Positions 9,135 through 18,169 are shown, counted from the stretch's first letter. The stretch: 64,000 nucleotides of DNA from a virus (IMGVR_UViG_3300025299_000102), one strand, 5' to 3'. The notes: generated from the letters alone by a model not told the origin. Made by a program: numbers and translations.

Positions 9135-9166
9135 CGCCCACCATTTTTTGGTGGGCGTTTTTTCTT
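9135..9166 (+). terminator. intrinsic terminator
   Basis: CGCCCACCattttttgGTGGGCG + T-tract. Confidence 0.6.
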
Positions 9167-9222
9167 CCGCTAAAGAAAAACCTGCACACTAGGTGCAGGC
9201 TGAGAATAATGCTTTGGTGCGT

Positions 9223-9762
9223 TCAATCCGCGAGCGCATCCAGGTGCGCTTGATGCGCATAGCAGCTATTGCAAATCGGCACCCATTCGCGAGTGTCGTT
9301 GGCTTGTTGGCCACAATAAGCGCACTTACACAGTGTTTTAGTCAGCAGAACTCTCACGCAAACATGATGTCGCGCTGCTGCAGGATAGCCGCTCTTCTTA
9401 CAGATGGGGCAATCTCCAGGTGTATCCAACAAGCCGGCTTTGTCTAAGCTCAAATTTGCAGCTTCTACAAAATCCTTGTCCGATTTGAATTCGCCCCAGG
9501 GTTCCAAGATACCTGCCACGGTAAATAGCTCACTGGGCGTCAACTTCAGATTTGGCATCAGTGTATGCACACGATTTGCCAAAGCGAACAGTTCTGGCGT
9601 CAAAGTTACGTTTCCGGCGGCCGGGCCCGGTGTCCATGTCTTTACCAGTTGGTCAGCCTGCCGGTAAATTTGTCCAACTTTCGTGGGGGACAGCCCCATC
9701 TCGTTGGCCAATTCTTCCATGGTGTTCAAGCTAGGCATCAATACAGTTTCATTAGGGTTCAT
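9223..9762 (-). CDS. putative transcription regulator (HTH + C-terminal C4 zinc finger)
   Basis: Sigma region-4-like helix-turn-helix TMEELANEMGLSPTKVGQIYRQA; C-terminal CPICKK...CKCAYCG...CNSC; GGAGA RBS before ATG 9762. Confidence 0.45.
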   Translation of the reverse strand: MNPNETVLMPSLNTMEELANEMGLSPTKVGQIYRQADQLVKTWTPGPAAGNVTLTPELFALANRVHTLMPNLKLTPSELFTVAGILEPWGEFKSDKDFVEAANLSLDKAGLLDTPGDCPICKKSGYPAAARHHVCVRVLLTKTLCKCAYCGQQANDTREWVPICNSCYAHQAHLDALAD

Positions 9763-9810
9763 GCGTTTCTCCAAAGTTAGTTTCCTCAATCCTGTATAGC
9801 CCGACTTAAG

Positions 9811-9850
9811 TAACTTGCTTGAAGTTACGTTAATCGCTATTTCGTGGTAT
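9811..9850 (+). promoter_or_regulatory. promoter with operator-like inverted repeat (GTAACTT-n5-AAGTTAC) and TATACT -10
   Basis: Inverted repeat overlaps -35 position; -10 GGTATACT at ~9843. Confidence 0.4.
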
Positions 9851-9878
9851 ACTATCGGCTCCACAGGAGAATTTCCAC

Positions 9879-11105
9879 ATGACCGCCATTCAGCAGGAAC
9901 TGCGTCGCCTTGAAGGTTTGACGCCAGAGGCTATCGCCACGCACTTTTTCGACAACTACGGCATCATCGCGCAGCTGCATCATCACGGCGCGCTATGGCT
10001 GTTTGATTATGACCAACTGGCGGCACACAAGCACCGCATGACCGACATGGTTATGGAGTCCCGGGGGCTAATCCTATGCGCAGAAACCCTGGACATTGTG
10101 CGCCGGCCGTTTGCTCGCTTCTTCAACATCGGCGAGGCGCCAGCCTACGAAAGCGACATCGACTATGAGAAGCTGGAAGCTCTGGAAAAAGTGGACGGCA
10201 GCCTGGTCACGCTCTACTACAACAAGGTCACCAATCATTGGCATTTCGGCACCCGTGGCACTCCGTTTGCGGAAGGCCGCAACCGTCATACGGGAAAGGT
10301 AATGTCCGACCTAATTTCGCGCGCAGCTGGCTTGGTCCACAAGCCAGGTACTTCGGAGTTTGACAAGAACCTGCGCAGCGCCGGAATTCTTGACCCAGAC
10401 GTGACTTATCTGTTTGAGTTCATCGGTCCGGACAATCCCCATGTTACTCGCTACACTGAATCCGAGCTTGTGCTTCTCGGCGCTCGGCGGCTTAATGGCA
10501 TTGAATATACGCCGCAAGAGGTCAACTTCTTGTTCAACCTGTTTACGGCGGTTGGTTGGCGAGTCCGCATGCCAAAGCGCTATCCAATCCCGCTGGCGCT
10601 TGGCGGTCTGGCACGCTCGCTTCAGGTTGAGGCCATCAAGAACTGGGTCGCCTCGGCGCCTGAGTTCAAAGGCTTACATGAAGGTGTTGTATGCATCAAC
10701 GCATCCACCGGAAAACGCCTGAAGGTAAAGACCCCGCTGTACTGCGCTGTTCATCTCCAGGGAGATGAAGTGGAAGGACTCAGCATCAGTAAGGCTCGCG
10801 TTGCAGACCTCATTGTCAATGGGGATGCCGATGAGTTCTGTTTGTACTTCCCGGCGTTGGCGCCAAAGGTGCAAGCCATGGCTGGCCAGGTACAGGCCTT
10901 TATCGAAGGTTTGGCTCCCATTTGGGAAGAAGTCAAGGATATCGCGGACCAGAAGGATTTTGCCGTTGCTGTGCAAGCTAAAGCACCTGGTGCTGCATCG
11001 GCCATCTTCTTCCTTGCTCGCAAGACGGGCGTGACGCCCGCTCAGGCTTGGATGGGAATGCCTTTGAACAAAAAGGCATCGCTGGCCGAGAAGCTGGTGG
11101 GGTAA
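9879..11105 (+). CDS. ATP-dependent RNA ligase, T4 Rnl1-like
   Basis: Nucleotidyltransferase motif I EKVDGSLVTLYY (cf. T4 Rnl1 KEDGSLV); size 408 aa; further KxxG motifs. Confidence 0.7.
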   Translation: MTAIQQELRRLEGLTPEAIATHFFDNYGIIAQLHHHGALWLFDYDQLAAHKHRMTDMVMESRGLILCAETLDIVRRPFARFFNIGEAPAYESDIDYEKLEALEKVDGSLVTLYYNKVTNHWHFGTRGTPFAEGRNRHTGKVMSDLISRAAGLVHKPGTSEFDKNLRSAGILDPDVTYLFEFIGPDNPHVTRYTESELVLLGARRLNGIEYTPQEVNFLFNLFTAVGWRVRMPKRYPIPLALGGLARSLQVEAIKNWVASAPEFKGLHEGVVCINASTGKRLKVKTPLYCAVHLQGDEVEGLSISKARVADLIVNGDADEFCLYFPALAPKVQAMAGQVQAFIEGLAPIWEEVKDIADQKDFAVAVQAKAPGAASAIFFLARKTGVTPAQAWMGMPLNKKASLAEKLVG

Positions 11106-11111
11106 TCACCC

Positions 11112-11306
11112 ATGTACATCTTGGCCTACATTCTGATGCTTTTCCACTTCATTGCCGGATTGGCGTGTGGGGTGTACACCTGGGTAACGGGGAAGGATAT
11201 TCCTCACTTCGGCTACATGTCACTCTACACTTCGATTGCGTTGACCCTGGCGTACCTGGTTGTTCTTGAGGTACGCCGCTTTCGGAAAGCACGCCAGGCT
11301 GAATAG
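11112..11306 (+). CDS. small membrane protein
   Basis: 64 aa, two hydrophobic helices; start directly after ligase stop. Confidence 0.4.
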   Translation: MYILAYILMLFHFIAGLACGVYTWVTGKDIPHFGYMSLYTSIALTLAYLVVLEVRRFRKARQAE

Positions 11307-11333
11307 GCGCGTGCCTCAGGAAAGGGCTTCGAT

Positions 11334-11633
11334 TTGAATGGCTTGATTTCCCTATGCCCCGTAGAGATGCTTCTGGTGGTATCACAGTTGCTGCCCATTG
11401 TTCTTTGCCTAAAATTCTGTAAGGCGAACGGGAACAGCGTAGGGTCAAAGGTAGCTGCGGGTGCTTTTTTTATGCTTCAAGGGAGCTGGATTCTGCTTGG
11501 CTTGCTTGCGGCCGAAGACTGCGCCGTCCGTGCCATCATTGTGCACGCGATTCTCGTACCAGCTGCGCTTGTAGGCGTGTATATCGCCTGGCGACAGGGC
11601 AGGCCCTGCCAGCCGGTCAAAAAGCAGGACTAA
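11334..11633 (+). CDS. small membrane protein
   Basis: 99 aa, 3 predicted TM helices. Confidence 0.4.
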   Translation: MNGLISLCPVEMLLVVSQLLPIVLCLKFCKANGNSVGSKVAAGAFFMLQGSWILLGLLAAEDCAVRAIIVHAILVPAALVGVYIAWRQGRPCQPVKKQD

Positions 11634-11666
11634 ATGAAAAGCCGGAGTGCCCCGGCCTTTTCTCTG

Positions 11667-11945
11667 TCACGTCAGTTTGCGGGTATGCTCTTTACCGGCA
11701 CGCGCCTTGTGGCGCCGTTCGTGGCGAGTCTTGTGGTTCAGTCGGCTTTCCTGGGTGTAATCCAGTTTGCGCGCTGCGCCCCGTTCGTCTGGGTCTTCCT
11801 GCCGATGAGCATTGGGTTGTACAGGGTGGGCCAGCAGGTCTTCCAGTTGCCCCATCGACCGCGGCGCCGGGCTCACCCGGGCCTGGCTCACACCAGACAA
11901 GGCCAACAGTGCGGCAAGCAGGGCTGCGTTACGAATGCGTTTCAT
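11667..11945 (-). CDS. small secreted basic protein
   Basis: Signal peptide MKRIRNAALLAALLALSGVSQA; His/Arg/Lys-rich C-terminus. Confidence 0.4.
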   Translation of the reverse strand: MKRIRNAALLAALLALSGVSQARVSPAPRSMGQLEDLLAHPVQPNAHRQEDPDERGAARKLDYTQESRLNHKTRHERRHKARAGKEHTRKLT

Positions 11946-12039
11946 TGCACCTCCTTTTGGTGATGGAAGGTCATATTCTTCCACTCCTGTATAGGGCCGA
12001 ACGCCTTCGCAGTTAACGATTTAAGTGAACTATAAGTGT

Positions 12040-12110
12040 TAACACTTGACAGCATAGTAAACTTTGCTATACTTGCCAACATCTGATAACCGTGAGCTAT
12101 ACTCAGCATC
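12040..12110 (+). promoter_or_regulatory. tandem sigma70-like promoters (TTGACA-17-TATACT and TTGCCA-n-TATACT)
   Basis: Two consensus-like promoters 30 nt apart reading toward 12261. Confidence 0.45.
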
Positions 12111-12260
12111 ATGAAACTGTAGATTTCCTGCCCGCTCCGCTGCACCGCTAGCAACCCAGCTTGGGTTAGCGCACGTGGTCCGCCGCTACTCCATCGATGG
12201 CCTTTGGCCAAAGTACCTGCCATTTCTGGCAATCCTTAACTATCGACTGGAGTAACGCAA

Positions 12261-12626
12261 ATGACCACTATCAACAATTCCATCCTGACTTCCGACGAAC
12301 GCCGTGTTCTGTTCGGCACCTGGCGCTCGCTGTACGCATCTGGCAATGCCGTTGCGTTGGACTTCCTCATCTACGCACTGCTGCGCGGCAAAGACCCGCG
12401 GGCTGGCTTCACGCCAATCAGCAACAGCAATAAGCTGAACAACGGGTCTACCGCGGACCAGTGCTATAAGACCACTCTCCTGGCCGCGTCGAACATGGCC
12501 GGCCACCGCATGTCGGAAAAGGTGCGCGCATTGTTCCCTGACATGAGCGCAGAACGCAATGCCGAGGTAGTTGGCGCCATCTGGCAGGCCGCTACCAACC
12601 TGTACTACGGCAAGAAGGAGGCTTGA
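12261..12626 (+). CDS. hypothetical protein
   Basis: ORF with GGAG-type RBS; long structured 5'UTR. Confidence 0.5.
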   Translation: MTTINNSILTSDERRVLFGTWRSLYASGNAVALDFLIYALLRGKDPRAGFTPISNSNKLNNGSTADQCYKTTLLAASNMAGHRMSEKVRALFPDMSAERNAEVVGAIWQAATNLYYGKKEA

Positions 12627-12627
12627 T

Positions 12628-12966
12628 ATGAAGCCGTACACCTACGTTCTGATTCGCACGGATATCCCACTGGAACAGCAGATGGTGCAGGCCTGTCACG
12701 CTGCACTGGAGGCTGGTCACGCCTTTTCAGCGCCGGCTCAGACTTCTAGCCTCATCGTATGCACCGTGCCAAATCGCGAAGCCCTCCTCGAGGCGCGCGC
12801 ACGCCTGGCGCGTCACGGCATTCAAAGCGAGATGTTCTTCGAGCCTTCCTGGGAGATGGGGCACTCCGCCTTGGGAACCGAGGCTATCACCAATCGTAAG
12901 CAGCGCTTCGTTATGTCGAAGTATCCCCTCTGGCGCGCGCCAGTTTCCGTTCCTGCTGCAGCTTGA
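12628..12966 (+). CDS. peptidyl-tRNA hydrolase, PTH2 family
   Basis: N-terminal YVLIRTDIPL...QACHAAL resembles the PTH2 signature (VVRTDL...GKiaAQcsHAa); ~112 aa; RBS AAGGAGG. Confidence 0.6.
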   Translation: MKPYTYVLIRTDIPLEQQMVQACHAALEAGHAFSAPAQTSSLIVCTVPNREALLEARARLARHGIQSEMFFEPSWEMGHSALGTEAITNRKQRFVMSKYPLWRAPVSVPAAA

Positions 12967-12977
12967 AAGGACTGAAC

Positions 12978-13514
12978 ATGCTCACCAAACACGAACTTGA
13001 CGCTCAACTCGCATCCCTGGCTGCGCTTCAGACGAAAACCCAAACTATGGCCTTCACTGATGAAGAGAAGGAGCAGCTGGCCGAACTGTTACGGGAGGCC
13101 CGGGCTACTGAGCTGCGCGAATGGCGCCGTATGCGAGTCCGGCTTGCTGTCGACGTGCTGTTCCCAACCTGGCGCGGCGGCCGTATCGAGAAGCCAGGGC
13201 ACCCAGCATGGCATGAAAAATCCTGGTGGTGGAACGGCGCGCGCGTGAAAAGCGAGGAGGTGACTGAGGCCGGCGATGTCATCGTACGATTGTCGTCCTA
13301 TGTCGGGGGAGGGGAGACCGACGAAATTGACGAGTTGACCTTAAAGCGCGCCTGGCTCGAAGCCGACGACATGCCTGCGGTCATTCAGTCCTATATGCTG
13401 GCCGAGGCCGCGCGCTTGGAAGCGGAGCGACTGGCCGGCGAACGAGCACGTGCTCAAGCTGAATTAGCGGCTGCGCAGGCAAAACTCGCCAGCCTTGCGA
13501 ATGGAGCTGAGTGA
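12978..13514 (+). CDS. hypothetical protein, C-terminal coiled-coil
   Basis: ATG 12978 with AAAGGA RBS; ORF-track TTG at 12963 overlaps previous stop. Confidence 0.45.
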   Translation: MLTKHELDAQLASLAALQTKTQTMAFTDEEKEQLAELLREARATELREWRRMRVRLAVDVLFPTWRGGRIEKPGHPAWHEKSWWWNGARVKSEEVTEAGDVIVRLSSYVGGGETDEIDELTLKRAWLEADDMPAVIQSYMLAEAARLEAERLAGERARAQAELAAAQAKLASLANGAE

Positions 13515-13567
13515 TGACCAACCTGTAGATTGCTGTACCGCAGAATATTGATGCGCTGGAGCAAAGC

Positions 13568-14107
13568 ATGCGGGGATGCATGCAGTTCCGGTCACAAAAT
13601 GTGCTTGAACATGGTGATGCCGTGCTGGCCAAGTATCGCGAACTTAGGGCTAACGCTCGCGAGGGGCGCTTCCCCGCAGGTTGGCGCCAGCCTAAATGGT
13701 GGACACCTGAGCTTGCAAAACGCTTGGTCGAACTTCAACCAGGAGACGAAGTGATGTCAAATTACTTACGGTACCATGATTGCGGTAAGCCGATTTGTCG
13801 CAGCCAGGATGAAACTGGTAGGCAGCATTTCCCCAATCACGCCGAGGTGTCGGCCAAGCTATGGCAGGGCCTGGGCGGCCATCCGGATGAAGCCTGGCTC
13901 ATGTCCAACGACATGCTGCTGCACATCGGCTCTGCGGCCGACTGTGACGTGTTGAAAGGGCATCGGTTGGCGCCGGCGTTGATTTTCGCATCGCTGGCTG
14001 AAGTGCACTCCAATGCCGAGATGTTCGGCGGCATGGATACTGACAGTTTCAAGGCTAAGGCGAAGCAGCTCGAGCGCCGCGCCTCACAGCTGGTTAAGGA
14101 GGCCTAA
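13568..14107 (+). CDS. putative HD-domain phosphohydrolase
   Basis: H...HD...H...D spacing (LEHGD, YHDCGKP, NHAEVS, DCD) compatible with HD superfamily; tentative. Confidence 0.35.
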   Translation: MRGCMQFRSQNVLEHGDAVLAKYRELRANAREGRFPAGWRQPKWWTPELAKRLVELQPGDEVMSNYLRYHDCGKPICRSQDETGRQHFPNHAEVSAKLWQGLGGHPDEAWLMSNDMLLHIGSAADCDVLKGHRLAPALIFASLAEVHSNAEMFGGMDTDSFKAKAKQLERRASQLVKEA

Positions 14108-14152
14108 GTGCGCAATAAGTTGCTCAGTTTGTCCTGATGCGCAACTTATTGC

Positions 14153-14521
14153 TCAAAAAGGGTCGTCGGCGTCGCAACCTCGGCCCACTCCAAGTGCCTT
14201 TGCCACGTCCGTAGCAATCTCATCTCCGACAGGGCTAGGCGCGTTGGCCTCCTCGGGGGTGAGCGTAATGTCAGGACGCTGGGCTTTGAAGAGATGCACC
14301 AGTGGGCGACGTACCAACCCACAATAGGTTCTGCCATCTTCATGCTCGAGTGCTATGCAAGGACCTACGTGGCAATTCAACAATTCCTCTGCGAGCCGGC
14401 ACGGCTGCACGGTGCAGCAGTAGCCACAGCCGTTGCATGCCTGGCCGAGGGCTGGCTTGGGGAGGGGAAGGATTGCTATCGGAGCGAAAGTCATAGGTGA
14501 ACAAATGGACGAATGGCTCAA
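14153..14521 (-). CDS. cysteine-rich metal-binding protein (CxxCxxCC, UPF0153/YkgJ-like)
   Basis: CNGCGYCCT motif plus additional Cys/His; start uncertain (14521 or 14494). Confidence 0.4.
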   Translation of the reverse strand: MSHSSICSPMTFAPIAILPLPKPALGQACNGCGYCCTVQPCRLAEELLNCHVGPCIALEHEDGRTYCGLVRRPLVHLFKAQRPDITLTPEEANAPSPVGDEIATDVAKALGVGRGCDADDPF

Positions 14522-14764
14522 TCTTAAGCCGGCGCGGTCTGCCCGGCAAGTTTTAGGCCCCGTTGCTGGTCAAAATCGGCCAAAAGTGAGCGACAAGTGC
14601 CGTTGTTGCTCATGGATTGACGTCAAACTGTTTGGTGCTCAAAAATCGACAAATTTGGTGCTCAAAGCGGAAAGCTTCTTCAAAACAACGAGCCAAAAAG
14701 CTCACGTCTAGATGTGTTTTATGGTATACTGTCATTAATTAGAAGAACTTTCGAAAGACATCCT

Positions 14765-15661
14765 ATGTTAGTAATCGCCGTCAGCAGCCGTGCACTGTTC
14801 AACCTGGAAGATGGTCACACCATTTATCAAAACGAGGGTTGGGCTGCCTTCGATGCATACATGCAAAAGCATGAGAAGCGAGCGCTGCGCCCCGGCGTGG
14901 CCTTCCCGCTTATCAAGAAGATGCTGGCGCTGAACACCCCAGGCAAGCGCGACCGCGTCGAAGTCATGCTGCTGTCGTCCAATACGCTGGAGGCCGGCGC
15001 GCGTGTAATGAACTCGGTCCGCCACTACGAGCTGGACATCGAGAGTGCGTTCTTCACCTCCGGAGCTGACCGGTTCCGTATCGCCAAGGCGGGCAACGTT
15101 ACACTGTTCCTGTCGACGAACCCAAGTGAAGTGCGAAAAGCACTAGCGGCCGGTATTGCCAGCGCCAGCGTTATTCCGTCTTCGCGCTTCAATGAAAGTG
15201 CCGGCGACAAGGATAGCCTGGTTATCGCATTCGACGGCGACTCGGTGCTGTTTGACGATTCCGCAGAGAAAGTGCACCAGGCTGAAGGCCTGCCCGCCTT
15301 CCAGGAAAGCGAACGCCGTCAGGCCAAGATTCCGCTCGGTGACGGTCCCTTCAAGCCCGTCTTGCAGGCACTGCACGACATTCAGCAAAGCTTTGACTCG
15401 CGCGATGCCAATCGCCCGTTGCGTGTCGCACTGGTGACCGCCCGCGGCGTGCCTGCTTACGACCGCGTTTTGCGCACTTTCCGCACCTGGGGCGTCCATG
15501 TTGATGAATCCTTCTTCTGCGGCGGTAAAGCCAAAGGCCCGTTTCTCGATGCAATGAACGCTGACCTGTTCTTCGACGACGGCATGCATAACGTCGAATC
15601 CGCGATGCAGTTCGTCCCAGCTTGTCACGTGCCACACGGCATCGTGGGCTCGACGCAATAA
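14765..15661 (+). CDS. HAD-superfamily 5'-nucleotidase-like protein
   Basis: HAD motif I IAFDGDSVLFDDS, LVTARG, terminal FFDDG; upstream ATG 14714 lies inside the TATACT -10 and was rejected. Confidence 0.55.
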   Translation: MLVIAVSSRALFNLEDGHTIYQNEGWAAFDAYMQKHEKRALRPGVAFPLIKKMLALNTPGKRDRVEVMLLSSNTLEAGARVMNSVRHYELDIESAFFTSGADRFRIAKAGNVTLFLSTNPSEVRKALAAGIASASVIPSSRFNESAGDKDSLVIAFDGDSVLFDDSAEKVHQAEGLPAFQESERRQAKIPLGDGPFKPVLQALHDIQQSFDSRDANRPLRVALVTARGVPAYDRVLRTFRTWGVHVDESFFCGGKAKGPFLDAMNADLFFDDGMHNVESAMQFVPACHVPHGIVGSTQ

Positions 15662-15670
15662 GGACTCCCA

Positions 15671-16152
15671 TGGCTATCAAAAACCTCACTGAAGTTCCAC
15701 GTGACCAGCTGGTAGGCAAGTTCATCTGCGAGCCGTCGGTATACGGCGCCCCGTACGGATATCCTGCTGTCATCGAAAAGACTACGGCCGCGCGCTTGAC
15801 ATTCCGCCGCCTCCCGCGGGGCGCGTGGGACAATACACAAAAAGAATGGCAGGTGAGCCCTTCTCTTGTCGCGCCGGCTTCCGATAACGGGGCTGGCGAC
15901 CCGTTCGGGGAGCTGTTTCCAAAGGAAACTAGCCAGCAGTGCAATCATTCCAGCGTAAAACTGGTGTGTGACACTGCCCATGAGGCTATCGGGCTGTACC
16001 ATGCGGCACTTCAGGCCACCAAGGCGATTGAAAAATACAAAAAAGACATGCTGGCCAAACTGGACGCCGATGCGAAGGCCGGCTGGCTGCCTGTTCCATT
16101 CTACCTGGTGCAGGCAGCTCAGGAAAATCCACACACGCCCGGTTCCGAATAA
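15671..16152 (+). CDS. hypothetical protein (paralog A)
   Basis: Shares CDTAhEAIgLyhaalqat motif with next gene. Confidence 0.45.
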
Positions 16153-16457
16153 TGGCTGTTCATGAATTTTCTGCGGTCCCGCTGACTAAACTTCGCGGGA
16201 TGTTCAGCTGTGTCCCCACCAAGGTATTCCCTCAACAGACCGAACTTGAGTATGGACTCCCTGTGCTGATTGAGGTCGCGACACCGAATGTCATTCACTA
16301 TAGCCTCATCAGCGGCACGGCCGACGGCTTCACTCGCTGCTCTAACCGCCTCTTCAGCGAGCGAGCCATCTTCAAGGTAGCGTGTGATACCGCTCAAGAA
16401 GCGATAGAGCTCTGCCGCCAGCATGCCCCGCGCAGTGCCCGTGCTGCGCGTCGTTAA
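16152..16457 (+). CDS. hypothetical protein (paralog B)
   Basis: TAATG overlap with previous gene; shared VACDTAQEAIELCRQHA motif. Confidence 0.45.
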   Translation: MAVHEFSAVPLTKLRGMFSCVPTKVFPQQTELEYGLPVLIEVATPNVIHYSLISGTADGFTRCSNRLFSERAIFKVACDTAQEAIELCRQHAPRSARAARR

Positions 16458-16479
16458 TCAGGCATAATCCATAGTTTTC

Positions 16480-17268
16480 ATGAAGAAAAAGCTCCTCCTC
16501 ATCGACGGCCTAAACATCTTACGCCGCTGCTATGAAGCTAACCCTGCAGGCGATACCGTAGAGAAGGCTGAGGCCGCAGCGAGTTCAGCCCTACAGTCGA
16601 TGCGGCGTGCTGTACGAGCTCACGAGCCAACCCACTGCCTGGTCATTTTCGACGCCGGCGGCCCAACGTGGCGCCATGCTATTTATCCGGACTATAAAGC
16701 ACACCGCAAGCCGATGGCCCCGGTTTTGGCCGCCGAGCTGGAGGGCATGAAGGAACGGATGTCCACGCAGGGCTGGGCGCTAATGGCGCATCCGGGCGAG
16801 GAGGCTGATGACAGCATTTACGGCGTTGCGCAAGCCGCGCGCTTTGAAGATGCGGAGGTTGTCGTCGCTTCAACAGACAAGGACCTCGTCCGCCTGGTTG
16901 CGATGGGCGTCCAGGTGTACAACCATTTCGACCGGGAGTGGCGCGATGCCGCATGGTGCGAGAAGCGCTTTGGGGTTCATCCTGAACTGCTAACAGATTT
17001 CCTTGCTCTGATGGGCGACACCACCGACAACATCCCCGGGGTTGACGGTATTGGCGCCAAAACGGCTGCCAAACTGCTCAACGAACATGGCGGTTTGGCT
17101 CAGGTGCTTGCAGCCGCTGCGGCCGGTAGCGTCAAAGGAGTGGTCGGCGAGCGCCTGGTAAGCCAGCGAGACCGTGCACTGATTTCCCTGGAACTGGCTT
17201 CTTTCCGCAGTACGTTCTCATTTCTGGACCTGTGGTGGGACACCTTGGAGCGACCAGCTATCGCCTAA
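16480..17268 (+). CDS. 5'-3' exonuclease / flap endonuclease (FEN family)
   Basis: LLIDGLNILRR, GEEADD, TTDNIPGV(D)GIG motifs of Pol I 5' nuclease/T5 D15/T4 RNase H family. Confidence 0.8.
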   Translation: MKKKLLLIDGLNILRRCYEANPAGDTVEKAEAAASSALQSMRRAVRAHEPTHCLVIFDAGGPTWRHAIYPDYKAHRKPMAPVLAAELEGMKERMSTQGWALMAHPGEEADDSIYGVAQAARFEDAEVVVASTDKDLVRLVAMGVQVYNHFDREWRDAAWCEKRFGVHPELLTDFLALMGDTTDNIPGVDGIGAKTAAKLLNEHGGLAQVLAAAAAGSVKGVVGERLVSQRDRALISLELASFRSTFSFLDLWWDTLERPAIA

Positions 17269-17361
17269 AAAATCGACACGCAAAAGTAATCAAGGCTGAG
17301 GTCTTTGCATCGGTGATTTCCGCTCTATACGGAGATAGGAAACTTACCTTTACGAGGCCAT

Positions 17362-17523
17362 CATGCAATTCACTTTCTGGTGTGTTCTGCCAAACGGCAA
17401 CCAAAACCCAATCGACACCCACAACCTGTTCGACGCAGCCCGCCGCGCACGCTCGCTTGGCGCCAAGGCTTGCTTCGGCAAGAATCCTGGCACCGGCGCT
17501 TCGTTCTCGGTTAGCATCTAATT
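17362..17523 (+). CDS. small protein (53 aa), own promoter and terminator
   Basis: GAGG RBS; preceded by GCTCTATACGG promoter-like motif (also at 39478); followed by terminator 17533-17560. Confidence 0.3.
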
Positions 17524-17532
17524 CTCTCTCCA

Positions 17533-17560
17533 ACGCCTCCTCTGTGAGGCGTTTTCATTT
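17533..17560. terminator. bidirectional intrinsic terminator
   Basis: AACGCCTCctctgtGAGGCGTTTT. Confidence 0.6.
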
Positions 17561-18169
17561 GCGCGAAGTCATCTCGCGCACGACACCTTGAGCCAGGCGC
17601 TCAATAATCTTTGCCCTCTTCGCGCGCGGTACCGTCACCTCAGGGTGAATGAGGTACTTCAATAGCACGCCACTGGTAGTTTCCAGCCAAGCCACTTCGG
17701 CCTCTTTCATGGCACTCGACATCCTGACCATGACCGGGTTAGGTAAAGCCATTTCCCATTCCGGCCGGCTCAACTGGTCCACGCTAGGGTCGACCAGATA
17801 ATCCTCTACCACGCACACCACATGCCCAACAAAACGGTTGTTTTCCGTGTCCATTCGACCGAGATAGTCGCCTGGGTGCTGATTAATGCCTACGCCCACC
17901 GACCATATGCCCGGCTCGCCCATAGAATTTTTATCCACTGTGCCGGATTTCAGTTGCGCAGCCAGCTTGGGCGAGTAAGCGACGGCTCGGCATACAACCC
18001 GGCTGGCGCTCAATCCCAGCAATTCGGCGGCTCGAACGAAAATCTCGGTAGTCTCGATGCAGGATGTTTTGTGGGCGGGGAAGCTCAGTAGCGCTGCTTT
18101 TCGACAACGCTGAGCCAGTGTCAGGGCGTCGACGGTTGAATTTTCTTGAGGGCAAGCAGCTGTGGGCAT
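17555..18169 (-). CDS. hypothetical protein (204 aa)
   Basis: ORF; no recognisable motif. Confidence 0.5.
   Translation of the reverse strand: MPTAACPQENSTVDALTLAQRCRKAALLSFPAHKTSCIETTEIFVRAAELLGLSASRVVCRAVAYSPKLAAQLKSGTVDKNSMGEPGIWSVGVGINQHPGDYLGRMDTENNRFVGHVVCVVEDYLVDPSVDQLSRPEWEMALPNPVMVRMSSAMKEAEVAWLETTSGVLLKYLIHPEVTVPRAKRAKIIERLAQGVVREMTSRK

Noticed and set aside
8492-9192. Overlapping ORFs (200 aa, 143 aa, 175 aa) in and around the MYG1 paralog 1 gene
   Set aside because: Alternative frames/antisense of a motif-supported gene; Ser/Arg/Ala-rich composition typical of GC-rich off-frames.
14714-14764. Upstream ATG (14714) for the 5'-nucleotidase-like gene
   Set aside because: ATG lies inside the TATGGTATACT -10 element, so it would be upstream of the transcription start; ATG 14765 chosen.
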